A stretch of DNA of 64,000 nt. Origin: Elusimicrobiota bacterium. GTDB lineage: Bacteria > Elusimicrobiota > Elusimicrobia > F11. Shown piece after piece: positions 8,611-18,100 of the stretch. The stretch covers positions 1 to 64,000 of the forward strand of contig JBGAON010000001.1 of NCBI GenBank assembly GCA_044221725.1, written 5' to 3'. Below the pieces are notes generated by a model. That model saw nothing but the letters and a program-made list of their open reading frames with translations. It had not been told where the DNA came from and ran no database searches. Every line of letters begins with the position of its first letter. Position 1 is the stretch's first letter. Both the position numbers and the translations under genes were made by a program.

Positions 8611-10287
8611 ATGTCGAAAGATTTTGCATTCACAATGGTTAAGGTTGGGAAAATTTACCCGCCCAAAAAACAAGTTTTGAAAGACATCTCGCTGTCGTTT
8701 TATTACGGCGCAAAGATCGGTGTTCTCGGTTTAAACGGTGCCGGCAAAAGCACGCTCCTGAAAATTATGGCCGGTGTGGAAAAAGATTTCATTGGCGAAG
8801 CGTTCCCCGGCAACAAGATTACGGTGGGTTATCTGCCGCAAGAACCGCAGCTTGATCCGAACCTGAACGTGAAAGACAACGTGGCGCTTGGCCTCAAACA
8901 TATCACGGACCTCATCAAACAATATGAAGATGTGAGCGCAAAATTTACCGAAGACATGGACGGCGATGCGATGGAGAAATTGCTGAACCGCCAAGCGGAA
9001 CTGCAAGAGAAAATCGAGGCCGTGAACGGTTGGGAATTGGACCGCACGTTGGATATTGCGATGGACGCGCTGCGCCTTCCGCCCGGCGATTCGGCGGTTG
9101 CGCATTTGTCCGGCGGAGAAAAACGCCGCGTGGCGCTCTGCAAACTGTTGCTGCAATCTCCCGACATTCTTTTGCTGGACGAACCCACGAACCACCTGGA
9201 TGCCGAGAGCGTTGCCTGGCTCGAAAACTTTCTGAAGAACTACAAAGGGACGATCGTCGCTGTCACGCACGACCGTTACTTCCTGGACAATATCGCCGAA
9301 TGGATTCTCGAACTCGACCGCGGCGAAGGAATTCCGTTCAAAGGAAATTATTCGGCGTGGCTCGACCAGAAATCAAAACGTCTCGCAATGGAAGAGAAAG
9401 CCGAAACGACCCGTCAGAAAACACTCGAACGCGAGCTGGAATGGATTCGTCAAGGAACCAAAGGCCGCCAAGCAAAAGGAAAAGCACGCGTGGCGCGTTA
9501 CCAAGAACTGCTTGAGCAGGATCCGGTCAAAGTCGCCGACAATTTGGAAATTTATATTCCGCCGGGACCACGGCTTGGTGATGTGGTGGTCGAAGCAAAA
9601 AATCTCGGCATGGCGTTTGGTGATGACATTCTGTTCGAAAACGTGAATTTCACAATTCCGCCGGGGGCAATGGTCGGCATCATCGGGCCGAACGGCGCTG
9701 GTAAGACGACACTTTTCAAATTAATCACCGGCAAACTAAAACCGACGCAGGGCGAACTGCGGCTCGGTGACACCGTGAAGATTTCGTACGTCGATCAATC
9801 ACGCGACGCGCTGAACGATGAGAAAACCGTTTGGGAAGAAATCTCGGGCGGCCTCGATGTCATCACGCTTGGCAAAAAAGAAATTAACTCGCGCGCGTAT
9901 TGCGCACGGTTCAACTTTTCGGGCCAAGATCAACAGAAGCGCGTGGGCAGCCTTTCGGGCGGAGAGCGAAACCGCGTGCATCTCGCAAAACAGCTTCAAG
10001 CCGGCGGAAATTTGTTGCTGCTCGACGAACCGTCAAACGACCTGGACGTGAACACGCTGCGCGCGCTCGAAGACGCGATTGTGGAATTTGCGGGTTGCAC
10101 CATTGTGATCAGCCACGACCGCTGGTTCCTGGACCGCATCGCCACGCACATTCTTGCGTTTGAAGGCGAAAGCAAGGTGGTTTGGAGCGAAGGCAATTTC
10201 CAAGATTACGAAGCGAAGCGCATCGAGCAACAAGGCGAAGCCGCCGTGCAACCGCACCGCATTCGGTACAAAAAATTAACGCACTGA
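8611..10287 (+). CDS. ettA: ABC-F translational throttle protein EttA
   Basis: Two ABC domains (GLNGAGKST, GPNGAGKTT), YYGAKIGVLG, C-terminal PHRIRYKKL; AAGGAG RBS before ATG 8611. Confidence 0.95.
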   Translation: MSKDFAFTMVKVGKIYPPKKQVLKDISLSFYYGAKIGVLGLNGAGKSTLLKIMAGVEKDFIGEAFPGNKITVGYLPQEPQLDPNLNVKDNVALGLKHITDLIKQYEDVSAKFTEDMDGDAMEKLLNRQAELQEKIEAVNGWELDRTLDIAMDALRLPPGDSAVAHLSGGEKRRVALCKLLLQSPDILLLDEPTNHLDAESVAWLENFLKNYKGTIVAVTHDRYFLDNIAEWILELDRGEGIPFKGNYSAWLDQKSKRLAMEEKAETTRQKTLERELEWIRQGTKGRQAKGKARVARYQELLEQDPVKVADNLEIYIPPGPRLGDVVVEAKNLGMAFGDDILFENVNFTIPPGAMVGIIGPNGAGKTTLFKLITGKLKPTQGELRLGDTVKISYVDQSRDALNDEKTVWEEISGGLDVITLGKKEINSRAYCARFNFSGQDQQKRVGSLSGGERNRVHLAKQLQAGGNLLLLDEPSNDLDVNTLRALEDAIVEFAGCTIVISHDRWFLDRIATHILAFEGESKVVWSEGNFQDYEAKRIEQQGEAAVQPHRIRYKKLTH

Positions 10288-11042
10288 GTAATTTCGCTTT
10301 CGACAACCTCACGCGCGCCGGTTTTAAAAACGCGTTCGGCACGCGTCTGTTGCCGGCGAGCGAGCCGGAAAAATTTTTGGCGGCGCTCGACGCAAACGAC
10401 TGGGCGCTGGCCCTCGCCAAGCAAACGCATTCGGATATTCGAATCCATATCGCCTCTCCTTTTCGGGAGAGGCCGGCCGAAGGCCGGGTGAGGGCCCTCT
10501 CCCCGACCCTCTCCCTAAATGGAGAGGGAGACGCATTGCTCACAAACGTGCCCGGCATATTAGTTGGCGTTAAAACCGCCGACTGTGTTCCCGTTCTTAT
10601 TGTCGATCCAAAAACAAAAACCGTTGCGGCGGTGCACGCGGGCTGGCGTGGAACCTTGCAACGCATTACCGAGAAAACGGTGGCGGACATGAAAACGAAA
10701 TTCGGTGTGAACCCAAAAGATTGTTTGGCGGCAATCGGCCCCTCGGCCTGTGGCGATTGTTACGAGATCGGTGCCGAAGTGACGGAGCAATTCGAAGAAG
10801 AATTTCGCGACGCGGGCAAATTCCTAAAAAATTTTTCCGTTAGCGGAAAAGCATTTATGGATGGTCGTGCGGCCAACCTCCAGCAATTGTTGCTGAGCGG
10901 ACTCAAGCACGCGAACGTGGCGGTATCCGACCGCTGCACGATGCATGAGAACGACATTTTCTTTTCCCACCGACGTGAGGGAGCCAGCGGAGCCAATGTG
11001 GGCCGCATGTTATCCGTCATTGGAGTTCCTCGTGACAGATGA
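10284..11042 (+). CDS. pgeF: YfiH/PgeF-family purine nucleoside phosphorylase (start uncertain)
   Basis: QTH, TADCVPVL, AAVHAGWRG, IGPSACGDCYE, FFSHRR motifs; start candidates are TTG 10182, ATT 10275 and CTG 10284. Confidence 0.88.
   Translation: MSNFAFDNLTRAGFKNAFGTRLLPASEPEKFLAALDANDWALALAKQTHSDIRIHIASPFRERPAEGRVRALSPTLSLNGEGDALLTNVPGILVGVKTADCVPVLIVDPKTKTVAAVHAGWRGTLQRITEKTVADMKTKFGVNPKDCLAAIGPSACGDCYEIGAEVTEQFEEEFRDAGKFLKNFSVSGKAFMDGRAANLQQLLLSGLKHANVAVSDRCTMHENDIFFSHRREGASGANVGRMLSVIGVPRDR
10452..10528. repeat. Palindromic REP-like element, inverted doublet inside the pgeF coding sequence
   Basis: GCCTCTCC-TTTTCG-GGAGAGGC, CGGCC-GAA-GGCCG, GGTGAGGG, then the inverted CCCTCTCCCCGA-CCCTCTCC-CTAAAT-GGAGAGGG. 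Confidence 0.85.
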
Positions 11043-12261
11043 AACTCCAGCAAAGCCCGCTGTTATCAGCACCAAAGACGCGGTGACCTTTGGCCTCGGT
11101 AAAAATGTGTTCGTGGCCGGGCTTGTAAGTTTCTTTATGGACGTGAGCTCCGAGATGATCTATTCGCTGGTGCCACTTTTTCTCACGAGTGTTATTGGCG
11201 TGAACGTCGCTGTGGTGGGTGTCATTGAAGGTGTGGCCGAATCCATCGCGAGTTTGTTGCGTGTATTTTCAGGTTGGTTGTCCGACAAATTGGGCAAGCG
11301 CAAAGTGATCATGGCGTTCGGTTACGGGTTGGCGACACTAAGCCGCCCGATCATGGCGACAGCGACCCTTTGGCAGAACGTATTTGCGGCGCGTGTCGTG
11401 GACCGCTTTGGGAAAGGAATTCGTACGGCGCCGCGCGACGCCATCATCGCCGAATCCACGCCGCCGAAATTTTTGGCGCGCGCGTTCAGTTGGCACCGCG
11501 CGATGGATACGTTCGGCGCGGCCGTGGGTCCCGCGTTGGCGTTCGCTTACCTGAAATTCCACAACGATATCCGTGCGGTGTTTTGGTTATCGATGATTCC
11601 CGGCGTGCTTGCTGTCCTGCTCATTGTATTTTTCATCTCCGATAAGAAACCGGACTCGAATTCCGCGCCATTGCCAAAGCTGACACTTCAGCACTTTGGT
11701 CCCAAGGTTCGTTTTTTTATTTTGATCGCCGCAATTTTCTCGCTCGGGAATTCGAGCGATGCCTTCTTAATTCTCAAAGCGAAAGACGTTGGAATTCCGG
11801 TGGCGCTTATTCCGATTGTCTATCTCGTGTTCAACCTTGTGTACGCGGTATCGGCCATTCCGGCTGGCATGGCCGCCGACAAATTCGGCAAACGCCGAAT
11901 CATCCTCGCTGGATTTTTGTTGTTTGCCGTTGTTTATACGGGCTTCGCGCGCGCGCAAACTCCGTCGGCGATCTGGTTTTTGTTCGCGTTCTACGGAATA
12001 TTCATGGGTTTTACCGAAGGAATTCAGAAAGCTTTCTTGGCCACAATAATTCCGCCCGCGTTCAAAGCGACCGCGTTTGGCGTTTATGCGACGGCGGTCG
12101 GCTTAGCGCTTCTGCCGGCCAGCATCGTGGGCGGATGGCTCTGGAGCCACGTTTCACCGGCCGCGACCTTTTATTATGGTGCAACAACGGCTCTCTTTTC
12201 GGCGGTTCTCTTTGCAATTTTTATTTTGCCGCGCACGACCGATGCGCCGAAGGCGGCCTGA
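11032..12261 (+). CDS. MFS transporter
   Basis: About 12 TM helices; GWLSDKLGKRK and GMAADKFGKRR motif A; GTG start after GGAG. Confidence 0.9.
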   Translation: MTDETPAKPAVISTKDAVTFGLGKNVFVAGLVSFFMDVSSEMIYSLVPLFLTSVIGVNVAVVGVIEGVAESIASLLRVFSGWLSDKLGKRKVIMAFGYGLATLSRPIMATATLWQNVFAARVVDRFGKGIRTAPRDAIIAESTPPKFLARAFSWHRAMDTFGAAVGPALAFAYLKFHNDIRAVFWLSMIPGVLAVLLIVFFISDKKPDSNSAPLPKLTLQHFGPKVRFFILIAAIFSLGNSSDAFLILKAKDVGIPVALIPIVYLVFNLVYAVSAIPAGMAADKFGKRRIILAGFLLFAVVYTGFARAQTPSAIWFLFAFYGIFMGFTEGIQKAFLATIIPPAFKATAFGVYATAVGLALLPASIVGGWLWSHVSPAATFYYGATTALFSAVLFAIFILPRTTDAPKAA

Positions 12262-12746
12262 TGTCGTTGCACTATATTCTCGACGGATACAACTGCATCT
12301 GGTCGGCCGACAATTTTGGCGGGGGCCGTTTGCAGGATCAACGCGAAAGTTTTTTGCGCTATTTGGAAACCGTCCGGCCCGCCGGAAGCGACAGCAATCT
12401 CGTTACCGTTGTGTTTGACGGTCGCGACGATGTGGATTCCCCGCGTTGGAAAGGAACGGTTCGCGTGCTTTTTTCAAAAGGCGCGAGCGCCGACGTGCTC
12501 ATTAAACGTCTTATTGATGAGATGTCGAACCCAGCGAATGGTATTGTCGTAACCGACGACCGCGAAATCCAACATTGGGCACGCGCATCGAAAGTGCGTG
12601 TGATGTCGTGCAAAGAGTTTTTTGAGTTGGGTCGAAAGAGGTCTGTGAAAAATGCACGACGACATCGGTTCATGACGAGCGGCGATACAGGTGCGGGTTC
12701 CCAGATAACCGACGAGTTTCGTCAAATCTGGAAGGAAAAAAATTAA
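12261..12746 (+). CDS. NYN-domain ribonuclease (YacP/Rae1-like)
   Basis: YILDGYN, VVFDG, SADVLI, VVTDDREI motifs; TGATG overlap with the MFS gene. Confidence 0.85.
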   Translation: MSLHYILDGYNCIWSADNFGGGRLQDQRESFLRYLETVRPAGSDSNLVTVVFDGRDDVDSPRWKGTVRVLFSKGASADVLIKRLIDEMSNPANGIVVTDDREIQHWARASKVRVMSCKEFFELGRKRSVKNARRHRFMTSGDTGAGSQITDEFRQIWKEKN

Positions 12747-14710
12747 TGAAGAATTTTTCGCACAAACGGTTCTCGGGCCATAAGAAGCCGAAGCACGGCC
12801 AACCGACGTCGTTCGTAGAAGGGCGCCTTGAAATAAAAGGTCGCGTGGGTTTTGTGGTAACCGGACAAGCGGGCCAATCCGACGTTCTGGTGCAGGGGCC
12901 GTCGCTCAAGCTCGCGATGGACGGCGACAAAGTGCTCGTGCGGCTGCGCGGCACCGAACCCGACGGCCGCCGGCTCGGCGAAATCACGAAGGTGCTTGAT
13001 CACGCACGGAAGACCATGATCGGCACATTTAAGCGGCGAGCAAACGTGGCGTTCCTCGAGTCACTTGATAATGGCACCGTGCTTCGCTTGGTAGACCTCA
13101 AAAATCACCGTCCGAAAGAAGACGACATTGTGGTCGCGCGCATCACCGTTTGGCCGTCCGCCCAGAAAGGCGCGGCCGGAATGCTTGAGAAAGTGTTGGG
13201 TCCGCGGGAAACAGCCGGTGTTGATTTGCAAGTTGTCATCAACAAATTCGAATTGCCACACGTGTTTTCGGTGGCCGCCGAGCGCGAGGCGAAATCGTTT
13301 GGAGATTCGGTTCCGGCCTCATCGCTTTCCGGTCGTGAAACTCTTTTCGACAAAACAATCGTGACGATCGACGGCGCTGATGCAAAAGATTTTGACGACG
13401 CTGTGTCGATCGATCCGTTGCCGAACGGCGGTTGGCGTTTGGGCGTGCACATTGCGGACGTGTCGCACTACGTGCGCGAAGAGTCCACGCTTGATGAGGA
13501 AGCGTTCGAGCGCGGAACGAGCGTCTATTTGAGCGGTAGCGTGGTTCCGATGTTGCCGTTCGTATTGTCCGACAATTTGTGCAGTTTGCGCCCCGACGTC
13601 GTGCGGCTCACGATGTCCTGCGAAATGGATATCGATGCCGGCGGCAACGTTTTTAAAAAACGCGTGTTTGAGAGTGCGATCAAAAGCGCGCGGCGATTCA
13701 CGTACGATGAAGTCGAGAAAGTATTGAGCGGAGAAACGGTGGCGGGCGTCTCCGAGAAAATGGCGGCCGATCTAAAAATCATGAACGAATGCGCGGAGCG
13801 GCTGCGCAAGAAACGGTTTGGTCGCGGCAGTCTCGATTTTGATTTTCCGGAACCGTACGTGGTGAACGATCCGCACGGGCGGCCGATCGACATCCGTCGA
13901 CGCGAGCGTCTGAACGCGCACCGGCTCATTGAAGACTTCATGTTGCTCGCGAATGAGACGGTCGCTCAGTTTATGTCAAAGGGACCGTTTTTGTACCGCA
14001 TCCACGATCGACCGGAGCCACTGAAGTTAAAAGCGTTGAAGACGACGCTGCAGTCGGTTGGTGTGCCAATCCCCGGCGGATTTGAAGGCGGAGACCCCAA
14101 AGCGTTTCAAGCCATCCTGCGCTTTACTCAAGGGAAGCCGATGCAGCCCATGGTGCAAATGATGATTTTGCGCAGCCTCAAGCAAGCCGTGTATTCGGAA
14201 TCGAATCACGGCCACTACGGACTCGCGTCACCGTGTTACACGCACTTCACTTCTCCCATTCGTCGTTATCCGGATCTGATTGTGCATCGGTTGCTGCGTG
14301 AAAAGTTACGTCACAAGTTTGACGCGCATCGCCAGAAACACTGGAAACAAGTGCTGCCCGAGATTGCGCTGCATTCGTCCAACCGCGAGCGCAAAGCCGT
14401 CGATGCGGAGCGCGAGTTTTTGGATGTGCAACGTGTTCGGCTTATGGAGAAACAACTCGGGAAAACATTTTCGGGCGTCGTGTCGGGGCTTACGCGCTTT
14501 GGAATTTTTGTGGTGCTAAACGAGCCGTTCGTTGAAGGACTCATTCACATGACGAATCTCAAAGACGATTATTATTTCTTCGATGAGGTCCGGATGATTT
14601 TGCGCGGCAAGCGCACGGGCCGCGTGTTTCGCATGGGTCAGCCCGTGAAAGTACTATTGGCCGGCGCCAACATTGAAAAACACCAACTCGATTTTGAATT
14701 GTTGAATTGA
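12746..14710 (+). CDS. rnr: Ribonuclease R
   Basis: TIDGADAKDFDDAV, HFTSPIRRYPDLIVHR, C-terminal S1 domain. Confidence 0.93.
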   Translation: MKNFSHKRFSGHKKPKHGQPTSFVEGRLEIKGRVGFVVTGQAGQSDVLVQGPSLKLAMDGDKVLVRLRGTEPDGRRLGEITKVLDHARKTMIGTFKRRANVAFLESLDNGTVLRLVDLKNHRPKEDDIVVARITVWPSAQKGAAGMLEKVLGPRETAGVDLQVVINKFELPHVFSVAAEREAKSFGDSVPASSLSGRETLFDKTIVTIDGADAKDFDDAVSIDPLPNGGWRLGVHIADVSHYVREESTLDEEAFERGTSVYLSGSVVPMLPFVLSDNLCSLRPDVVRLTMSCEMDIDAGGNVFKKRVFESAIKSARRFTYDEVEKVLSGETVAGVSEKMAADLKIMNECAERLRKKRFGRGSLDFDFPEPYVVNDPHGRPIDIRRRERLNAHRLIEDFMLLANETVAQFMSKGPFLYRIHDRPEPLKLKALKTTLQSVGVPIPGGFEGGDPKAFQAILRFTQGKPMQPMVQMMILRSLKQAVYSESNHGHYGLASPCYTHFTSPIRRYPDLIVHRLLREKLRHKFDAHRQKHWKQVLPEIALHSSNRERKAVDAEREFLDVQRVRLMEKQLGKTFSGVVSGLTRFGIFVVLNEPFVEGLIHMTNLKDDYYFFDEVRMILRGKRTGRVFRMGQPVKVLLAGANIEKHQLDFELLN

Positions 14711-14730
14711 TAACAGAAACAGGAGGACGT

Positions 14731-15054
14731 ATGTCGTTGTTAGAGGAAATGAAGGATGTCACGCTGAAACTAAAAGCAAACATTTATTTTGACGGTGGCG
14801 TGATCAGTCACACCATTTTGAAAAACGGCGAGCGCAAAACCGTGGGTCTTATTCGTCCCGGCCAATACAATTTCAACACCGACGCTCCGGAGCGGATGGA
14901 CATCATTGCCGGCAGCTGCCGCGTAAAACTCAAAGGTGAAACCGCCTTTAAAACCTACGGCGCCGGCACATCTTTCAACGTACCCGCCAAAAGCGCCTTC
15001 GACATCGCCGTCGACACCGGCATCGCCGAATACCTCTGCTCGTTCCTCGCATAA
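14731..15054 (+). CDS. ppnP: Pyrimidine/purine nucleoside phosphorylase (DUF1255)
   Basis: ANIYFDGGVIS, PGQYNFNTDAPERM, C-terminal EYLCSF; AGGAGG RBS. Confidence 0.85.
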   Translation: MSLLEEMKDVTLKLKANIYFDGGVISHTILKNGERKTVGLIRPGQYNFNTDAPERMDIIAGSCRVKLKGETAFKTYGAGTSFNVPAKSAFDIAVDTGIAEYLCSFLA

Positions 15055-15074
15055 CCTTCTTTCTAAAAACGGTT

Positions 15075-15118
15075 CCCCTCTCCGAGACGAAGTCGAGGGC
15101 AGGGGACAGGGGGAGGGG
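15075..15118. repeat. Degenerate copy of the palindromic REP-like element between convergent ppnP and lhr
   Basis: CCCCTCTCC...GAGGGCAGGGG-ACA-GGGGGAGGGG. Confidence 0.6.
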
Positions 15119-15150
15119 CTGAGCCGAAGGAATTGAGAAAAAAATTTTCG

Positions 15151-18100
15151 CTAAGGAACGCTTTTGAGAGAAAGTTCGCGTAGGATTTCGTCGCGTAGTT
15201 GGGGGAGTTGGGTGAGGCGGAGGGCGCGCTCGATTTTTTCGCGTTTGGCGGTGTCGGTTTTTTCGAGGTGGACAATTTCGCCGGCCTGCAGCACGGCCAC
15301 GACACGGCCGTTGTGAAACAGAAGTCGATTGCCACGGGTACCAGGAACGCGCGCCGTTGGCAACACGGACCCCGTAATATTTAACGGATCCGCTGCCGAG
15401 ATGATCCCCCACATATCTTCGTCGGTACGCGGTCGCCGCAGCGCTTCTACCGCTTCGGGCAGCGCGTATTGTTCGGCGGCAACGCCCGCGATAAAACGGC
15501 CCCCGCGAATTTCTCCACGTGCCTCGAGTCGCCGGTAAACATTCACGAGTTCCCACCACGCGGGCGTGCCCGCTTCGTGCGCGAGCACATCGCGACACAC
15601 AACCCCGTAGCGGCGAATCAAAAGCCGGGCCCATTGCTCAGCGCGTTCTTCGCGCGAAACCGGCGATACGTGTCCCGGAAAAATTGTCCAGCGTCCGCCA
15701 CCGCCATAAATGGTGGGTGTGGCAATAGAGCGGCGACGTTTGTTTCTGTCGTGACGCCGCGCGCCCACCAGGGCGCGGATGGCCGCAAAGCCGTCAGCGG
15801 TCACAGCGCCCAACGCCGCCAATTCGCTGAGCGCTTCTTCGAGGCGCGTGCCCAAAAGCCCCGTTTCGTTTGCGAGATCGCGAAAGAAAAGCGCGCCACG
15901 TTTTTGAAGCGCGTTTCGGACGGTTGTTGCTTCGGCGCGCGCGCGCAGAGCGCCTTCTTGTTTTTCGGTTTCGAGCAACCAATTCAAATCGTCGCGGAAT
16001 AAAAGTGAAATGGGCACGACGCGCGTGAGCCCACTGGTCGATGGTTCCTCGTCTTCTCGTTTCAGTGGTGCGCGCAGGCGGCCCCACACCAGTTCCCCCG
16101 AATACGAAAGCGCGTCCAACCAGTCGGGCTGATATTTCTCGACACGCGCCGCGAGAATGTCACCTTCCCACGCGCCGGCCGGAATTTCGAAACCTTCCAA
16201 TTGTCCGATCGCTTCGCGAAGTCCGAGCGGCCCATCGCGGCGCGAGCCCGGCAGCAAATGATGATACTCGGCCAAATACATCCAATAATTTTCAATCGCG
16301 ACCGGTTGCACGCGGCGCCGCGCGCCTTCCAGTGTCAACCGGTGAATGCGCGCCAACAGACGACGGTCGCACCACCCATCGGAAGTCCCATCTTGCAGAT
16401 ATTTGCCTTGCATCGCCGCGCCTTCGGCTTCCAGCCGAGCAAGCGCTGTGTTCACGCGCAACACATCGACGCCCAACTGATCCGCAATTGTTTGAGCGGT
16501 GGTTGGGCCAAGAACTTCAAGGCGCCCACGCACCAGCGCCACCATAGCCGCATCGGTGTCGTGCGTCTTTTCGAGTTCACTGGTTAACTTGAGTTCCGGA
16601 TCCGCGGTAACCTCTGGCAGCGCCGCTTTCACCAATGACCACCGTTCCGCCGCGACCCACAACGCGGGTTTCTCTTTTCGTTCGGCCACCGTTACGCGGC
16701 CTTGGGTTTGCAGCGTGTCGAAGAAAATTTGCCACGGCTTGCCGTCGTCGGCGGGCCAGGCGTTTAACGTGAGCAGCACATCGTGCAATTCATCGGCGTC
16801 ACGAACGACGGGTTGCGCTTCTTGAACAACACGCTCAATGGCTTCGGCATCCAGCTTCGCAAGGTCACGCATTTCTTCGGTTGAGAGCGTGCGGCGAATG
16901 TTAACCGCGCGTGCGCGGCGTTCTTCGAGTGGCGCATCATCGAGGAACGCGTACGGATTCGCGTTTAATATGGCGTGTGAGAAAGGGGACGGTTCGCGCG
17001 TGTCTTTGCCGACGAGTTTGATGTGTCCGTTTTCGATATCGGTCAGCACGTGCTTCCAGCCGTCGATGTCCATCGCCTCGTGCAGGCAATCGTAAAGAGT
17101 TTGGTGCACCAGCGGATGATCCGGAATCGGCACGTCCGGCGGACGGTGCTCGAAGCACGCGGTTTGAAGAGGGAACACCGCGGTTAACAAATCATCCGAT
17201 TTAAAACGTTGAAGTGGCGGCGGCGTTTTCCGACCTCCTTGCGCGCGGAGCACACCGAGCGCTCGCGTCACGTTCCAGCGCCAGCGCACACCAAACATTG
17301 GCGCGGCCAAGAGTGCTTGCACGAGTGTTTCTTCGGCGTGGCGCGCTTTCAGCAGTGAAAACATTTGTTCGAGCGGAAAACTGTGTTGCGGCCCGAGCGA
17401 CAGCGTGATGCCGTTGTCATCGGCGCTCGCTTGCAGCTCAAAATCAAACGTGCGGCAGAACCGTTTTCGTAGCGCCAGTCCCCACGCGCGGTTGATGCGG
17501 GCTCCATACGGCGAATGCACAACAAGCTGCATGCCACCCGACTCGTCGAAAAATCGCTCAAACAAAATTTCTTTTTGTGTGGGCACGAACCCCACAGCCG
17601 CCACCTGCGTCGCGACGTACATCACGGCTTCGTCGGCGGGCCGCGCCTCCACGTCGCACTCGCGCCGAATCCACTCGCGCGCCGCTTCGGTGCTTTTCGA
17701 AAGTTGTTCGGCCATGGTTGCGCGTAGGTCGGACAGCTCGCTCGAAAGTTCGATCGTGCGCCCCGGCGCTTCGCCGAGCCAGAACGGAATTGTGGCCGGC
17801 GCGCCTTCGGCGTCGCGCACAACCACTTGGCCGCCGCGCACGTATCGGATGCGCCACGATGTGTTGCCCAGCAAAAACACGTCGCCGGCCAAACTTTCAA
17901 TCGCAAAATCTTCGTTCACGGATCCGATCACCGCGCCATCGTCTTCGGTCACAACGCGATAATCGGCGTTTTCGGGAATGGCTCCGCCCGACGTGATGGC
18001 CGTGAGCCGCGCGGCGCGGCGACCGCGCAACCGCTTGTTTATCAGGTCGCGGTGCAGGTACGCACCTTCTTTGCGGCCTGCGGCGATCCCCTCGCTCGCG

